From Thermoanaerobaculia bacterium (GTDB lineage: Bacteria > Acidobacteriota > Thermoanaerobaculia > Gp7-AA8): a stretch of DNA of 64,000 nucleotides. The position numbers and the translations under genes were made by a program. Of this stretch, positions 63,301-64,000 are shown in pieces. The notes under the pieces were generated by a model. The model worked only from the letters and a program-made list of their open reading frames with translations. It searched no databases and was not told the origin of the DNA. The stretch covers positions 10,531 through 74,530 of the forward strand of contig JBBRNB010000006.1 of the NCBI GenBank assembly GCA_038230535.1. Direction: 5' to 3'. The stretch's first letter is position 1; each line of letters starts with the position of its first letter.

Positions 63301-63943
63301 CCGCCCGCAACGCCTCGGCAAAGCCGCTGTCGTCGTCGGCGAGCATCGCCACCGCGTCGATCGTTCGTGTCATCCCTGCCAGACCGTGGGCTGTATGGGG
63401 TGTCTTCAAACGAATGATGAGGCACGGGTCGTCCAGCATCGCCACCTTCAGCACGTTCTTGCGTTTCCACTCATCCTCGTTGAGTACAGGATCGATCGAT
63501 GCGATGGCGGCGAGCGGGATCGTGATGCGCCAGCGCATGCCGTAGTTGACGACGAGGGTGTCGCCACCGATCCGTGTCGGCCGCAGCCGGAGCGCCTGGT
63601 AATCGCCGAGGAGCCAGAGGACGCCGTAGACATCGAGCGCGGTGACGATCCACGCCGCCTTCACGCTCCAGAGCTGCACGATCAGGTGCGCCGCCACCGA
63701 CTCGATGCCGATGAGGAAAACGAACACGCCGGCGATCGCCGGCCAGCCGCTTCGCTGGTGTACGGTGAAGCCTTCCGGTGCCCGTTTGCGCCAGCCGAAG
63801 AAGGCGTAGTAGAGCGTAGCGATCTCGAACGCCACCACGCGCGCGGCACGGCCGCCGCCAAACAGCTCCGCGCACGCGCGCTCGATCCGGTCGAGCGGAT
63901 CGTCGCCGCCGAGGCCGCGGATTCGCGCCACCCGCCGCGCCAC
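63266..63943 (-). CDS. hypothetical membrane protein
   Basis: 225-aa ORF with 3 predicted TM helices. Its 3' end overlaps the convergent 62824-63300 ORF. Confidence 0.5.
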   Translation of the reverse strand: MARRVARIRGLGGDDPLDRIERACAELFGGGRAARVVAFEIATLYYAFFGWRKRAPEGFTVHQRSGWPAIAGVFVFLIGIESVAAHLIVQLWSVKAAWIVTALDVYGVLWLLGDYQALRLRPTRIGGDTLVVNYGMRWRITIPLAAIASIDPVLNEDEWKRKNVLKVAMLDDPCLIIRLKTPHTAHGLAGMTRTIDAVAMLADDDSGFAEALRAAMPASCPPSTS

Positions 63944-64000
63944 GAGCGCGATTGTGAGGAGGTCGAGCGGAGCAGCGATATAGCGAAGCTGGTCGACGAA

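Noticed and set aside
1-64000. Prophage, integron or transposon island, or rRNA/tRNA genes
   Set aside because: No integrase, transposase, terminase or capsid-like ORF was recognised, and no structured RNA gene signatures. tRNA detection by eye is unreliable, so a tRNAscan run would be needed to be sure. The repeat elements are non-autonomous hairpins, not IS elements.

Overview
This is a 64-kb chromosomal segment from a high-GC bacterium. It is mostly housekeeping and cell-envelope genes, and carries five or more families of dispersed palindromic repeat elements. The most unusual locus is a 3-kb cassette at 7.1-10.1 kb whose promoter region is an AT-rich 21-bp tandem array.

Host: an Acidobacteriota-like soil organism is a weak inference, not a measurement. 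It rests on the four-helix-bundle '23S rRNA IVS' protein, the ECF sigma/anti-sigma/DUF4097 module, the many secreted peptidases and the TPR proteins.

Genes: about 60 protein-coding genes on both strands. Core genes recognised from motifs are gatB, pdxJ, the conserved dxr-cdsA-uppS-rseP block, truA, an ABC-F ATPase, cinA, apaG, an S1-domain (RpsA-like) protein and dnaE. Around them sit secreted M1, M3, M20 and M23 peptidases, TPR proteins, a GAF-GGDEF cyclase and envelope or hypothetical proteins.

Not found: no rRNA, tRNA, CRISPR array, integrase, transposase or phage genes. The window does not look like a classical mobile island.

Repeat elements: every element is a long hairpin whose arms are short tandem repeats. 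The families are:
- GCAGACAACGCGCGAAGC: one copy carries the IVS-protein gene in its loop; another copy between uppS and truA carries nothing.
- GATCAGTG / CACTGATC: seven or more copies, two inside the dxr-rseP block.
- GTTGCTGGGTTG / CAACCCAGCAAC: five copies.
- GCAGAAA: a single copy.
- G-tract/C-tract GGGAGT(G)GGG / CCCACTCCC: intergenic copies plus in-frame insertions in the M3 peptidase, dnaE and the transglutaminase-like gene.
Where hairpin arms overlap ORF ends they are translated in frame, at cinA, the IVS protein and the 60982..62700 gene (a GATCAGTG arm in the latter).

The 7.1-10.1 kb cassette: an AT-rich, GATC-bearing array (about 12 copies; 16-bp core plus a roughly 5-nt variable spacer) sits directly upstream of a gene pair. 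The first gene has a Rossmann-like N-terminal domain (nucleoside-2-deoxyribosyltransferase/TIR-like) plus a TPR region, tentatively DUF4071/ASK1-N-like. The second is a DUF4388 protein. The IVS-protein palindrome lies next to the pair.

Other loci worth a look:
- a translationally coupled EVE + macro-domain operon;
- an orphan MbtH-like gene;
- a 21-bp x 14 tandem repeat in frame with a hydrolase ORF;
- a vapC remnant;
- a DUF58-transglutaminase pair without MoxR;
- a SWIM-SNF2 helicase;
- tandemly duplicated TPR genes.

Caveat: the ORF track counts GTG and TTG as start codons. Where I moved a start to an internal ATG, that is noted in the feature.
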